From positions 14,260,001-14,324,000 of the forward strand of contig OX442314.1 in NCBI GenBank assembly GCA_949358305.1: a DNA stretch of 64,000 nucleotides, in the 5' to 3' direction. The notes under the pieces were generated by a model that saw only the letters and a list, made by a program, of their open reading frames with translations, was not told the origin of the DNA and ran no database searches. This document shows, one piece after another, positions 14,071 through 23,065 of the stretch (within the stretch, counting starts at the first letter, position 1; each line of letters starts with the position of its first letter). The stretch comes from Strigamia acuminata. Its lineage: Eukaryota. A program made the position numbers and the translations under genes.

Positions 14071-17000
14071 TCACTTCTCGATTCGGAAAACTGACTCCGG
14101 AGTTGGAGCTTCGCTTTCGGAAACCGAAAATTTTGGCAGATGCTGGGTTGGTCCCGAGGTGGCGCCATTGTTGACATGGAGCCAGACTTCTTTGATGAAC
14201 TTGGTCCTCGGGAATACTCGGTCATAATCGATGTCATATTTTTCGCGGGATCCGGTGGGTGGTCTCCGCACCGCAACTAGTCGTTGATGCTGAATTATGC
14301 GTTTAGGCTCTCTGACAGCATTCTCGAGCCACTTCAATGCCTCATGGCATAACGTCGCATTATAGATAAGTAGAGTTCGCGCGTATTCGGGGAATCTCAG
14401 ACCTGGATACAACTGTTTTATTTTCCTGTAGTCTTGGTTTGGATTCTTTTTCGTCCCTTTAATGGCTGCCGAACTTCTGCCAGACGCTGTTTTTTGCGAG
14501 CTTCCACTAGCTCTATTTAAGGGCTCATTCCCTTCGACATCAAACATCTCAGTATCGGTGGTCAATTTCAACTCAACATCGGATTCTGGAGCTATTGCTT
14601 TTTTGGTTGGCTGGTGGCTCGGCGTGGCAGTCATAAAGACTGTGGGCACCGCCCCTCCCGCTGCTGGTGGGTCAGCCACTTGCTGCGCACACGTCCCAAA
14701 ATTCCGTTGCAGTTGCAAACTCTGTCTTCTCAGAATCCATTCGCCCCGCAGTCTCAGCATGCACTGCCCCGATGTTTCTCCCGTTTTAAAAACTTCTCGT
14801 TCCAATTGGGCCCGGATGACAGGTGGGTCTCCCAATACTGTTTTCCAGCTGTCGAACAACTCAGGTGGGATGCCCATTGCTGACGTCCATAGGAAACTTG
14901 TGGCGATCAGCGATGCTTCGACCGCTTGGAAAACTCCTGGAAACAAAAGTCTTATTAATGCCACTGACATTTGCACTTCGAACCAAGCTAGCCATTCTTT
15001 GGTTCTCAATTCGGTGGGTTGGGCGACGAAGGCTTGAGCGCATCTCCGTCGTTCATTTAGTGATTCTGCTAATTGGGCTTGCTGGTACTCGTCCATCGTC
15101 GGGGTCAGAAGTCCTTGGTTACATAATGGAAATTTCAGATACATTGTCCACAGCTGTCGATAGTATCTATCGAAATCTTCGGCTAATTTGACTGATGGGT
15201 CTATCGTGTACATCACAGTGGCTACTGATGGAATTGGCAGTGATAAGTCCGTTTGGGGAATTGGTTCCGTAATTGGCTGCAAGTGAGGGTGAGGCACCCC
15301 CAAGGCGGCACTTGGCGTAGCTTTTGGTTGTACCTTCCTTGGATCTCGCATCCTCGGGCGCAGTATTCGCGATGGTCCTTTTTTTCGCGCTGGTTCCCTT
15401 GCCCTTTTCTCCCATGCCTGGGCTAAGGCCTCGTCAAGAGTCGGCAACTCTCGGCAGCTGGAAATCTCTGGTGATGACACTCGCGGCGTTGGCGTTGGCG
15501 GGCACGTGGTTGGAGTCCAGGTAATAGGAGTGTGCGTACTCGGTGGTGGTGTCTTTGGCGCCTGGTCCGGTCTTGGAGGGGTGGCCAGCGATGGTTTCTG
15601 TACTTCCTGCTGTCTTGGCGGGGTAGTAGGTGGTGTTCGTGGCCCTCTTTTGTTGGTTTCACCTCCCTGTTGTTTTTCAATGTCGTGTATGACTGTCGCT
15701 GTTGGCTCCCGTTCCTCCAAAATGCGAACAGTCGTTTCAGCCAATTGCTGCTCTTCCTCCGACTCAGGCGATGGCGAACGTTGACACTCGTCCATTACCA
15801 CGTATTGATCTAGCTCCATCTCATGTGCCGTCAAATACTCGTCCGACGAACTTCTGCGAATTTGCACCTGTAGTGTCTCATCTTTACTTGCCGAAATTGT
15901 CACTTTTCTTGCTGGGCGCATTTCTGAATAGCGGTGTGACGACCGTGGGCGCTTCTTTGTCCGCTCAATTCGATTTCCTTCGGCTGACGGACGCTTCTCT
16001 GTTGCTCGGTGGTGTCTAGGTACGTATTCTTGCTCTGTCGTTTCGTGTCGCCTCGAATTCCTTTTCGGACTTATTTCCGAGCTTCGTTGATGCCTCTTTA
16101 CTTCCCTCTCTGAATCTTTGTCTGTTCGACTTAATCTTTTCTCCATTTGCGTTTGACGAGAGAAATATTGCCGTCTTGGACTTTTACTCCTTCGTCGGGG
16201 ACTTTCTTTTCTATCTCGACTTTGACATCTTCTCGGACTTATTTCCGCACTTCTGTACTCTTTTCGCCTAGATCTGAATTCCCTGGTATAATATTTTGGG
16301 CTGATTCTTCGAGGAGGAGTTGTCCTTTTGTGTCTCTCACTCCTGGAGTAACGAAGGGCTCCTCGTGATCTGGCTTCTCTTCCTCGCCGTTTGGTTTCCT
16401 CTTCTTCCGTTCTGACACATTTCAGAAACTCCACTTCCTCGTGCAATTCCTTCACCGTTTCTTCTGCCGCCTGCTCTAATGCTGCCTCCCACTCGTCCTG
16501 CTCCTGCCGCTGTTGTTTGGCGTACACGAGCGGTCCAAAATCCTCGGCTTGCGGCTCACCTTCTAAATTGAGCGGTGTGATGTTTTGGCCAATGAGTCCC
16601 GTCATATGGAGTTGGTGCATCTTGTACTGACTCTTTATGAAGTATGGCGGCTCTTTATCTAACTCCGGGGAAGGCAATAAGGCCTGAGCTTCGAGGTAAG
16701 CTGTCTTCTCCTCCATATATTTAGCCGCTACTTCTGGTGCTCCGGCTTTCAGCTTTGCCATCACCTCTTCCACGAATTTAAATTTGTTTGTCGCAGGATT
16801 CTGGTATATTTTGAGATCGGCTGCTTCCTCCTCTTCTATTGGATATTCGTCCCCTATCATCTGGTTCCAAATTGGGCCATGTGTGTCCTCTGTAATTGGG
16901 ATCTGTCTCAAAACTTCGTGGAAACATGTTTTGAATCCTTTAAATAGTCGTTTCGTCGTTCCCCAAAATCTTTGGATGGCTGTTGTGAAGGCTTTGCGTG

Positions 17001-17118
17001 CTTGAAATGCTGTAAAACCTCTCTTGACGAATTCTCTCTTGTATCTGTATGGAATTCTCCCTCGATGGATATTCCTTGGCAATCTAGCCGCTCTCGAAAT
17101 TCTTCCCCACGACGCCAT
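14071..17118 (-). CDS. Retrotransposon ORF3, 1015 aa, function unknown (not recognisably Env)
   Basis: Uninterrupted sense-strand ORF between pol and the PPT, start in GCCATGG context. Contains Arg/Ser-rich and Pro/Thr-rich tracts; no signal peptide or C-terminal transmembrane anchor visible. Confidence 0.85.
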   Translation of the reverse strand: MASWGRISRAARLPRNIHRGRIPYRYKREFVKRGFTAFQARKAFTTAIQRFWGTTKRLFKGFKTCFHEVLRQIPITEDTHGPIWNQMIGDEYPIEEEEAADLKIYQNPATNKFKFVEEVMAKLKAGAPEVAAKYMEEKTAYLEAQALLPSPELDKEPPYFIKSQYKMHQLHMTGLIGQNITPLNLEGEPQAEDFGPLVYAKQQRQEQDEWEAALEQAAEETVKELHEEVEFLKCVRTEEEETKRRGREARSRGALRYSRSERHKRTTPPRRISPKYYTREFRSRRKEYRSAEISPRRCQSRDRKESPRRRSKSPRRQYFSRQTQMEKRLSRTDKDSEREVKRHQRSSEISPKRNSRRHETTEQEYVPRHHRATEKRPSAEGNRIERTKKRPRSSHRYSEMRPARKVTISASKDETLQVQIRRSSSDEYLTAHEMELDQYVVMDECQRSPSPESEEEQQLAETTVRILEEREPTATVIHDIEKQQGGETNKRGPRTPPTTPPRQQEVQKPSLATPPRPDQAPKTPPPSTHTPITWTPTTCPPTPTPRVSSPEISSCRELPTLDEALAQAWEKRAREPARKKGPSRILRPRMRDPRKVQPKATPSAALGVPHPHLQPITEPIPQTDLSLPIPSVATVMYTIDPSVKLAEDFDRYYRQLWTMYLKFPLCNQGLLTPTMDEYQQAQLAESLNERRRCAQAFVAQPTELRTKEWLAWFEVQMSVALIRLLFPGVFQAVEASLIATSFLWTSAMGIPPELFDSWKTVLGDPPVIRAQLEREVFKTGETSGQCMLRLRGEWILRRQSLQLQRNFGTCAQQVADPPAAGGAVPTVFMTATPSHQPTKKAIAPESDVELKLTTDTEMFDVEGNEPLNRASGSSQKTASGRSSAAIKGTKKNPNQDYRKIKQLYPGLRFPEYARTLLIYNATLCHEALKWLENAVREPKRIIQHQRLVAVRRPPTGSREKYDIDYDRVFPRTKFIKEVWLHVNNGATSGPTQHLPKFSVSESEAPTPESVFRIEK

Positions 17119-17789
17119 GGCTTCTTGGGTCTGTATAAAACATTATTAACTTCAATTTTCTCTCAAATTCATTGTATTTTATCTTTCTCTGATGTGTGTG
17201 TTATTTTTGCGTATTTATCTCGATTTTGAGTTTTATTATTCTAAATTTTCTCACAAGATGGCGCTCCGTGCTAATTTTTTGTGATAGGAGTCCTTTTTAT
17301 ACCACTCTTTTGCAATTTTTGGCGAATAATTAGCACTTTCGTCATATAAAACCAGTTATTTACGTGATAACTAATTTTATTTTAACTTATTTCGAGACAT
17401 TCGACTCCTTTTCCTTTTAAATCGTGATTTCGCCGAACTTGTCCCGTAGTAACGACATATTTCGTCCCGTCTTTTCCACAAAAATTTAAGCGCTTTCAAA
17501 TAACACACCCGATGAGAGAAAATACTTCCTTATTCATTTATATTTTCGACACATTTCGATTTTACTACCTCACTGTGGTCCTGTCTTTTCGGTGGTGGTG
17601 TTTTCCGTGGTTCGAACATCTTGAGATGAACTTCCGCTTAATCGGACCCTTCTTTCACTTGGCTGCACACTTTTCTTCGTTTTTTGGTCGTTTTCCCTCT
17701 TGTTCTTACCGACTGTTGTTGTTAGAATCCGGGATAACTTTTCTAAACTTGTTGTTGTTTTGATGTCAAGTTAACAAGTGAGATTCGTC

Positions 17790-17848
17790 TCGACCAATCA
17801 CGTTCGAGCTGCGACGTCGTCCACTTCCGGACTCCCGAGTGACGTCGC
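17790..17848. promoter_or_regulatory. Candidate internal promoter for ORF3
   Basis: CCAAT (17794-17798), GACGTC (17813-17818), ETS-like CACTTCCGG (17822-17830) and TGACGTC (17840-17846) cluster just after the pol stop codon. Confidence 0.4.
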
Positions 17849-17860
17849 TACCTTCTATTT

Positions 17861-20800
17861 TTAGAGGTAGTCTGGAGGCTTAATCCTCCCCCTATCTCGA
17901 AGTGAATATTTCTTCAAGATAGCTTTTTTCTTGACTTTTTTAGGTTGTTTTTCACGCAAATCTTGATAAAATTTCTTTATTTTCTTCTTTTCTACCACTC
18001 CTCCCCTCTTTTTAGAAAAAGACGCAACTTGTTCATCTGTTTCTAAACTTAAGTCCTGTGGAAAAAGTGGCAAATTTTCTTGCGTGTTGTCATTGGAATT
18101 TGTATCCAACTCCTCGTCGCTCTCCAAATTGTTATCCTTTTCGCCGCTTCTTTGTTTACTTGAAACTTGAGAACTCACGCCTGCTGTGTCTGAACCTGAC
18201 AAATCCTGTAATTCCAGTTGTTGTTGTGATGTTTGTGGATCCTGCAAACTTTGTGTGTTATCCAAAGTGTGAGATTCTTGTGCATCTTCTAAATTTTGCG
18301 AATCTTGCAAACTTTGTGTTTGTTTCAAAGTTTGTGATTCCGCTGAATTACTATTATTCATCCGATTCATTTCAGTGGTCTGCGAATTTTCTGTCTCCGT
18401 ATTTTCTTGTGTTTCGGATGTTGTTGGCTCATCAAATAATGTATTAATTATTTTTCCATTCGGATTGCTCTGAGTTTGATCCTTTTCCCAAATTTCTTGA
18501 TTAAATTCCGGGAAATAAGGTGATAATTCGGACATGTGAATGGAGCGAAAGATCTTATTATCTTTTAGCCGTCGCAGCTTCACTGCTCCTCCTTGGTGGA
18601 CTTGGATGATCACATATGGTCCGCTCCGCTTGTCGGATAATTTCGCCGAAATCCCTTGTGACGCTTTTGATAATGGGTGATCATCTTTCCATACCAAATC
18701 ATTTGTTTTAAAGTCGTCAAACTTTTTATCCATCTTGTGATTTTGCACTCGTTCGCGCAAGTCGGTTATGTGCGCCATCATATGGTGATATGTATCTCTA
18801 ATTATTTTCTCCAGTCGTTGGATGTAAATATGCGGCTTATTTGGGTCTATTTTTGCAATTCCATCCAAAATCCTTGGATCCCAAGGAATCCTAAATTCTC
18901 TACAGCAATTCAAGTATGCTGGAGAATAATCGCGGCCTGTTGTTGCCGTTGTGCGTATGCTAAACGCAATTTCTCTTAAATATGTGTCCCACCTTTTGTG
19001 AATATCTGTGAAAATTGACAAAATATACTTTAAATCGCGGTTGGTCCTTTCTACCGTGTTGGCCTGCGGATGATATGGCGACGTAAATCGCGGAGTAATT
19101 TTGAATTTTCTACAGAATTCGTGGTATATTCGGGCCTTAAATTGCGGGCCGTTATCTGACACGATTCGGAGCGGGAATCCCCATCCCATACACGTGTTGT
19201 ACAGACAATCCGCTATATCTTGTGCGACGGGGTCGGATAATGGGTAAAGTTCCGGCCATCTGGTGGCTATATCCAAAATTACTAAAATGTAATTGTTTCC
19301 TTCATCAGTTCTAATCAATGGTCCTACCAAATCTATACTTAGACACTCAAAAGGTGCATATGGGCCAATTTGCGCTGCTTCTACTCGTGTTTTAGTCCGA
19401 GGTTTACACGCCTGACACCGCGGACAGTGTTTAATAAATCTGGTGGTGTCACGTTTGATTCCGTCCCACGTATAAATCTGTCGCATTCGATAAAGCGTCC
19501 TCGCAATTCCGCAATGGCTTGCGAGCGGGTGGCCGTGCATTTGCCATAATACTCGGAATCTTAGTGATCTCGGTATCACGACCTTCAGGGCTCGAGAATC
19601 CTCGCTTAAATCATCTGACAATGTTGGATGGTATTTTAATAATAAATCCTCTTCTAACATGTGTTTAGTCGCCAACATGCGATAATTCTTCTTTTGTAAT
19701 GGTGTTGTTACGTAAGCTGGAAATTGTTCTGTCTCGAGGTAGTATCGCATTGATTGGCAGTGGCGATCCTTTTTTTGATGCTCTATAATTTCTTCGCGGG
19801 TCGGAGGCATGCAATCTGCCTGCTCCGTGACTTTTGCAATGAATGCTGTCACCATTTCGCATTCGGAAGTCGGCAAATATTGAACTTCTTTAATTTTCGG
19901 ACTTATTTCCGACTCTTCTGCCGGCGCATCATACATGTGACTCCAATATGCCGTGACTTGCTCGTCTACTAATCGTTCTTCTTCCGACTGAGGTTTTGGC
20001 AACTGATTCCAGTTACCCACGACCCATTTTCGTGGTTCTGTCGGGCAGTATTTTAAGTCACCGTCGGCTTCTCCCGTCTCTTCGTTGTCGCAGATGAGTT
20101 GAATTGGTGCTCTAGATAAGGCGTCTGCTAATGTGTTGGCAGTCCCTTTCAAATATTGGATTGTAAAATTATAAGACATCAATTCCATCTGCCAACGGGC
20201 GAGACGTCCAGCTGGCTCTTCCAGTCTCATCAACCATTTTAGCGCCTCATGATCCGTCTGCACAACGAAACTTGTGAACTCCAAATATGGTCTAAATTTT
20301 CGGAGCGCCCAAATTACCGCCAAACATTCGAGATCCGTGGCGCCGTAATTAAGTTCTGCCTGTTGCAGACATCTACTGAGGTACACACACGGTGATTCAA
20401 TCATTTGTCCATCAATTTCTTTGATCTGCATCAAGGCAGCACCCAATCCTTTCTTACTCGCGTCTGTCCTTACGATGAATGGTTGGTGTAAATTTGGCAA
20501 GTGCATAGTTTTGGCATCGGTCAGTAATTGCTTAATGTTATCAAAGGCAACTTGGTGTACTTCCTCCCAAATAAATTCTATCCCTTTCTTCAGGAGTGGG
20601 CGTAGAGGTTCGGCCACTGTGGCCAGATTCTTGAGAAGTCTATGAAAAAAATTGACCATGCCAAAAAATCGTTGTAACTCTGTCAAATTTTTTGGCGCTG
20701 GAAATTCCTTTATGGCCGCTACTTTGGCTGGGTCTACGCTTAAGCCGTTGATTCCAAGTTTGTACCCTAGAAATTTTAGTTCCTTCCTGCAGAATTTTGA

Positions 20801-23065
20801 CTTTGTTGGGTTTACATGCAATCCAGCTTTCTGTAATTTTCCTAAAACTGAATCTAGATGTTTCATGTGTTCTGCGTACGTTTTTGATACGATCACAATA
20901 TCGTCAAGGTAGGCCCAAGCATATTTTCGGAATGCTTCGCCTAGTACCTTTTCTATTAGTCGCTGAAAAGTGGTTGGCGCATTGACCAGTCCAAAAGGCA
21001 TGACGTTAAACATCAGTCGGCCTTGAGGACTCCAGAATGCTGTTTTCGGACGGTCTTCCGGTCTCAAATCTATTTGCCAGTATCCTTTCGTTAGATCAAT
21101 GGTAGAAACCCATTGAAATTCGCCGAGTTCTCTTAAAATTTCTGTTATTGTCGGCATCTGGGGCGGGTCATACAGAGTGTGTTCATTCAGCGCTCTGTAA
21201 TCAATACAGAGACGTGGCTCTGAACCTGGTCTCATTACCAACACAATCCTTGTCGCATAATCGCCTTCTGCAGTTGTTACATAGCCCTTATCAATCATTT
21301 CTTGGCATAATGTCCGCAATATTTCCCTTTTTTGTGGATTCCAAGATTTAAAAGGAACCCTTATTGGTTTGTCAGTGTCTAAATTGATGGTGTGCTGTAC
21401 CACATGAGTCTTGCCTGGATTTTTACTCAAAATTTTCTCATATTTCTTCAATACATGCTCTAATTGTAAAGCTTCTGTTAGTTGCAGTTTGGCTTCTTCT
21501 ATCATGTCATGCAAGCCATTGCCAACTTTCAATCTCGCTTCAAATGCGCAAAAACTACTCTCTTTTCGGAATGTTTTTCGCAATGATTCTGGCTCTTCCA
21601 GTTTCTTCTGCTCATATTTATCCATGATGAATTGTGGCATATATGGTTGTGGCACGTCGATCGTTGAAATAAAGTTCCACTTGCCGTTGAGCGGATTGGG
21701 CTGTATTTTCATTCGTTTCATGGCATCATTGCCAACCAACATGAATTTCATGTCGTGTGGTAACACGAGGAAATACTGTTGCATCATTCCATGGGTCCAA
21801 CGAATCATCATCCTTATTGTTCCCATCGGTTGCACTTTTTTATCTGCTGTATTTACAGCCATATTGGCCTTGACGGGCCACACTTCTTTTTCCAATCCCA
21901 TCGCCTGAATTAATGGCCATGAAACACAACTACGGTTGGCTCCTGAGTCTAGCATGGCAGCGATGGATCCTTGTTCTGTTTGGAGGTCTATTGTTGTCAT
22001 CCCTTCCAAAACATCTTCTTCTGGCAATAATATATTAAAAATTCTGATGCGTGGTCCTTCCGGCTCCAATGTTGTTAACTCTTTCAATAATGGATCCCAT
22101 TCCACAGGCTCAGTTGGTGTATCTGTCATCCATGCTGCTAGTGATGGTGTTTCCTCATAGGTCTCTTTTACCTTTGCCCAAAAAATTGTTGCTTCATTTT
22201 CTTGTGTGATTTCCACATTTTTAAGGGCTTCCGTCACTTCTGCTGTGAAATAAGTTCTATTTGTTTCATAGATTTCTTTTATTTTTGGACAATTTTCCAA
22301 TTCTACTGGTGGAAATTTTATTCCTACTATTTGTCCACATTCCATTTCACAAATCATTTCTCCTCTTTTTGGCATTGTGCCAATTGCTTCTGGTGACGTG
22401 AGTGTTACTGGAATAGTTGTGTTTTTTAGTGGTCCATTGTCTTTCAGAATGTTCATTTTTGATGAAGTTTCGGCTTGTTCCAGTTTAGAGTCCGTCACTG
22501 GTTTTTGTGTCGGATATCTCATCCCTACGACTTCGCCGTCTTCAAAGTTAAAGACTATTGTCCCTTTTCCACCTTCTAAAGTTCCTATCACTTTATGTGA
22601 TTTTTCAGCTAATTCTGATTGCACATATTCTCCAGTTTTGGGGTCTTTGATGAATCGTGCTCCCTTAGGCGCTTTTGCTGTTGGTGGAGTTTCTTGGGTA
22701 TTTTCAGTCAAATTCTCGGGTTCCGCTGATGTTTTCAATATTAATGAAGTCTCTGATATTTCTCCATCTAATGATCGGTCATTCTGTAAATTTCCACAAT
22801 TTTCCGAATTTTCCGGCAGTGTTGTCTGCATGTTTTGCGAATTTTCAGAGTTTTTCAGCAAGTCCTTTGATTCTGATAATGTTTCTGATATTAACAGCGT
22901 TTCCGTCATGGCTTCATTTATTGGCTGGACCTCCGATAATCCATCCGAATCTTGTACCATTTCGATTGTTAATTCTGATGTTGGTTGGGCTTGTAGCAGA
23001 TTTTCCGAAATTTTTGTTGGCGCGAGCTCCACTGCTTTTATTGAGCCCGCGCGTTCAAGTTTTTT
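17861..23065 (-). CDS. pol: Pol polyprotein (protease, RT, RNase H, integrase), entered by -1 frameshift from gag
   Basis: Protease LDSGA (about 21945); RT YLDD (20900-20911); RNase H TDAS/ECLAV/TDH/ADALSR; integrase HHCC zinc finger, D-D-E (IDLVGP, SDNGPQF, VERTN) and GPY motif. Confidence 0.96.
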   Translation of the reverse strand, partial: KKLERAGSIKAVELAPTKISENLLQAQPTSELTIEMVQDSDGLSEVQPINEAMTETLLISETLSESKDLLKNSENSQNMQTTLPENSENCGNLQNDRSLDGEISETSLILKTSAEPENLTENTQETPPTAKAPKGARFIKDPKTGEYVQSELAEKSHKVIGTLEGGKGTIVFNFEDGEVVGMRYPTQKPVTDSKLEQAETSSKMNILKDNGPLKNTTIPVTLTSPEAIGTMPKRGEMICEMECGQIVGIKFPPVELENCPKIKEIYETNRTYFTAEVTEALKNVEITQENEATIFWAKVKETYEETPSLAAWMTDTPTEPVEWDPLLKELTTLEPEGPRIRIFNILLPEEDVLEGMTTIDLQTEQGSIAAMLDSGANRSCVSWPLIQAMGLEKEVWPVKANMAVNTADKKVQPMGTIRMMIRWTHGMMQQYFLVLPHDMKFMLVGNDAMKRMKIQPNPLNGKWNFISTIDVPQPYMPQFIMDKYEQKKLEEPESLRKTFRKESSFCAFEARLKVGNGLHDMIEEAKLQLTEALQLEHVLKKYEKILSKNPGKTHVVQHTINLDTDKPIRVPFKSWNPQKREILRTLCQEMIDKGYVTTAEGDYATRIVLVMRPGSEPRLCIDYRALNEHTLYDPPQMPTITEILRELGEFQWVSTIDLTKGYWQIDLRPEDRPKTAFWSPQGRLMFNVMPFGLVNAPTTFQRLIEKVLGEAFRKYAWAYLDDIVIVSKTYAEHMKHLDSVLGKLQKAGLHVNPTKSKFCRKELKFLGYKLGINGLSVDPAKVAAIKEFPAPKNLTELQRFFGMVNFFHRLLKNLATVAEPLRPLLKKGIEFIWEEVHQVAFDNIKQLLTDAKTMHLPNLHQPFIVRTDASKKGLGAALMQIKEIDGQMIESPCVYLSRCLQQAELNYGATDLECLAVIWALRKFRPYLEFTSFVVQTDHEALKWLMRLEEPAGRLARWQMELMSYNFTIQYLKGTANTLADALSRAPIQLICDNEETGEADGDLKYCPTEPRKWVVGNWNQLPKPQSEEERLVDEQVTAYWSHMYDAPAEESEISPKIKEVQYLPTSECEMVTAFIAKVTEQADCMPPTREEIIEHQKKDRHCQSMRYYLETEQFPAYVTTPLQKKNYRMLATKHMLEEDLLLKYHPTLSDDLSEDSRALKVVIPRSLRFRVLWQMHGHPLASHCGIARTLYRMRQIYTWDGIKRDTTRFIKHCPRCQACKPRTKTRVEAAQIGPYAPFECLSIDLVGPLIRTDEGNNYILVILDIATRWPELYPLSDPVAQDIADCLYNTCMGWGFPLRIVSDNGPQFKARIYHEFCRKFKITPRFTSPYHPQANTVERTNRDLKYILSIFTDIHKRWDTYLREIAFSIRTTATTGRDYSPAYLNCCREFRIPWDPRILDGIAKIDPNKPHIYIQRLEKIIRDTYHHMMAHITDLRERVQNHKMDKKFDDFKTNDLVWKDDHPLSKASQGISAKLSDKRSGPYVIIQVHQGGAVKLRRLKDNKIFRSIHMSELSPYFPEFNQEIWEKDQTQSNPNGKIINTLFDEPTTSETQENTETENSQTTEMNRMNNSNSAESQTLKQTQSLQDSQNLEDAQESHTLDNTQSLQDPQTSQQQLELQDLSGSDTAGVSSQVSSKQRSGEKDNNLESDEELDTNSNDNTQENLPLFPQDLSLETDEQVASFSKKRGGVVEKKKIKKFYQDLREKQPKKVKKKAILKKYSLRDRGRIKPPDYL
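23020..23065 (-). promoter_or_regulatory. -1 programmed ribosomal frameshift signal
   Basis: Slippery heptamer A AAA AAC (23065-23059) in the gag frame, 6-nt spacer, then a 10-bp stem GCGCGGGCUC/GAGCUCGCGC with a 13-nt loop. Pol lies in the -1 frame. Confidence 0.88.

Noticed and set aside
14071..17118. Calling ORF3 env
   Set aside because: The position fits, but there is no signal peptide or transmembrane anchor and the composition is that of a basic, largely disordered intracellular protein.
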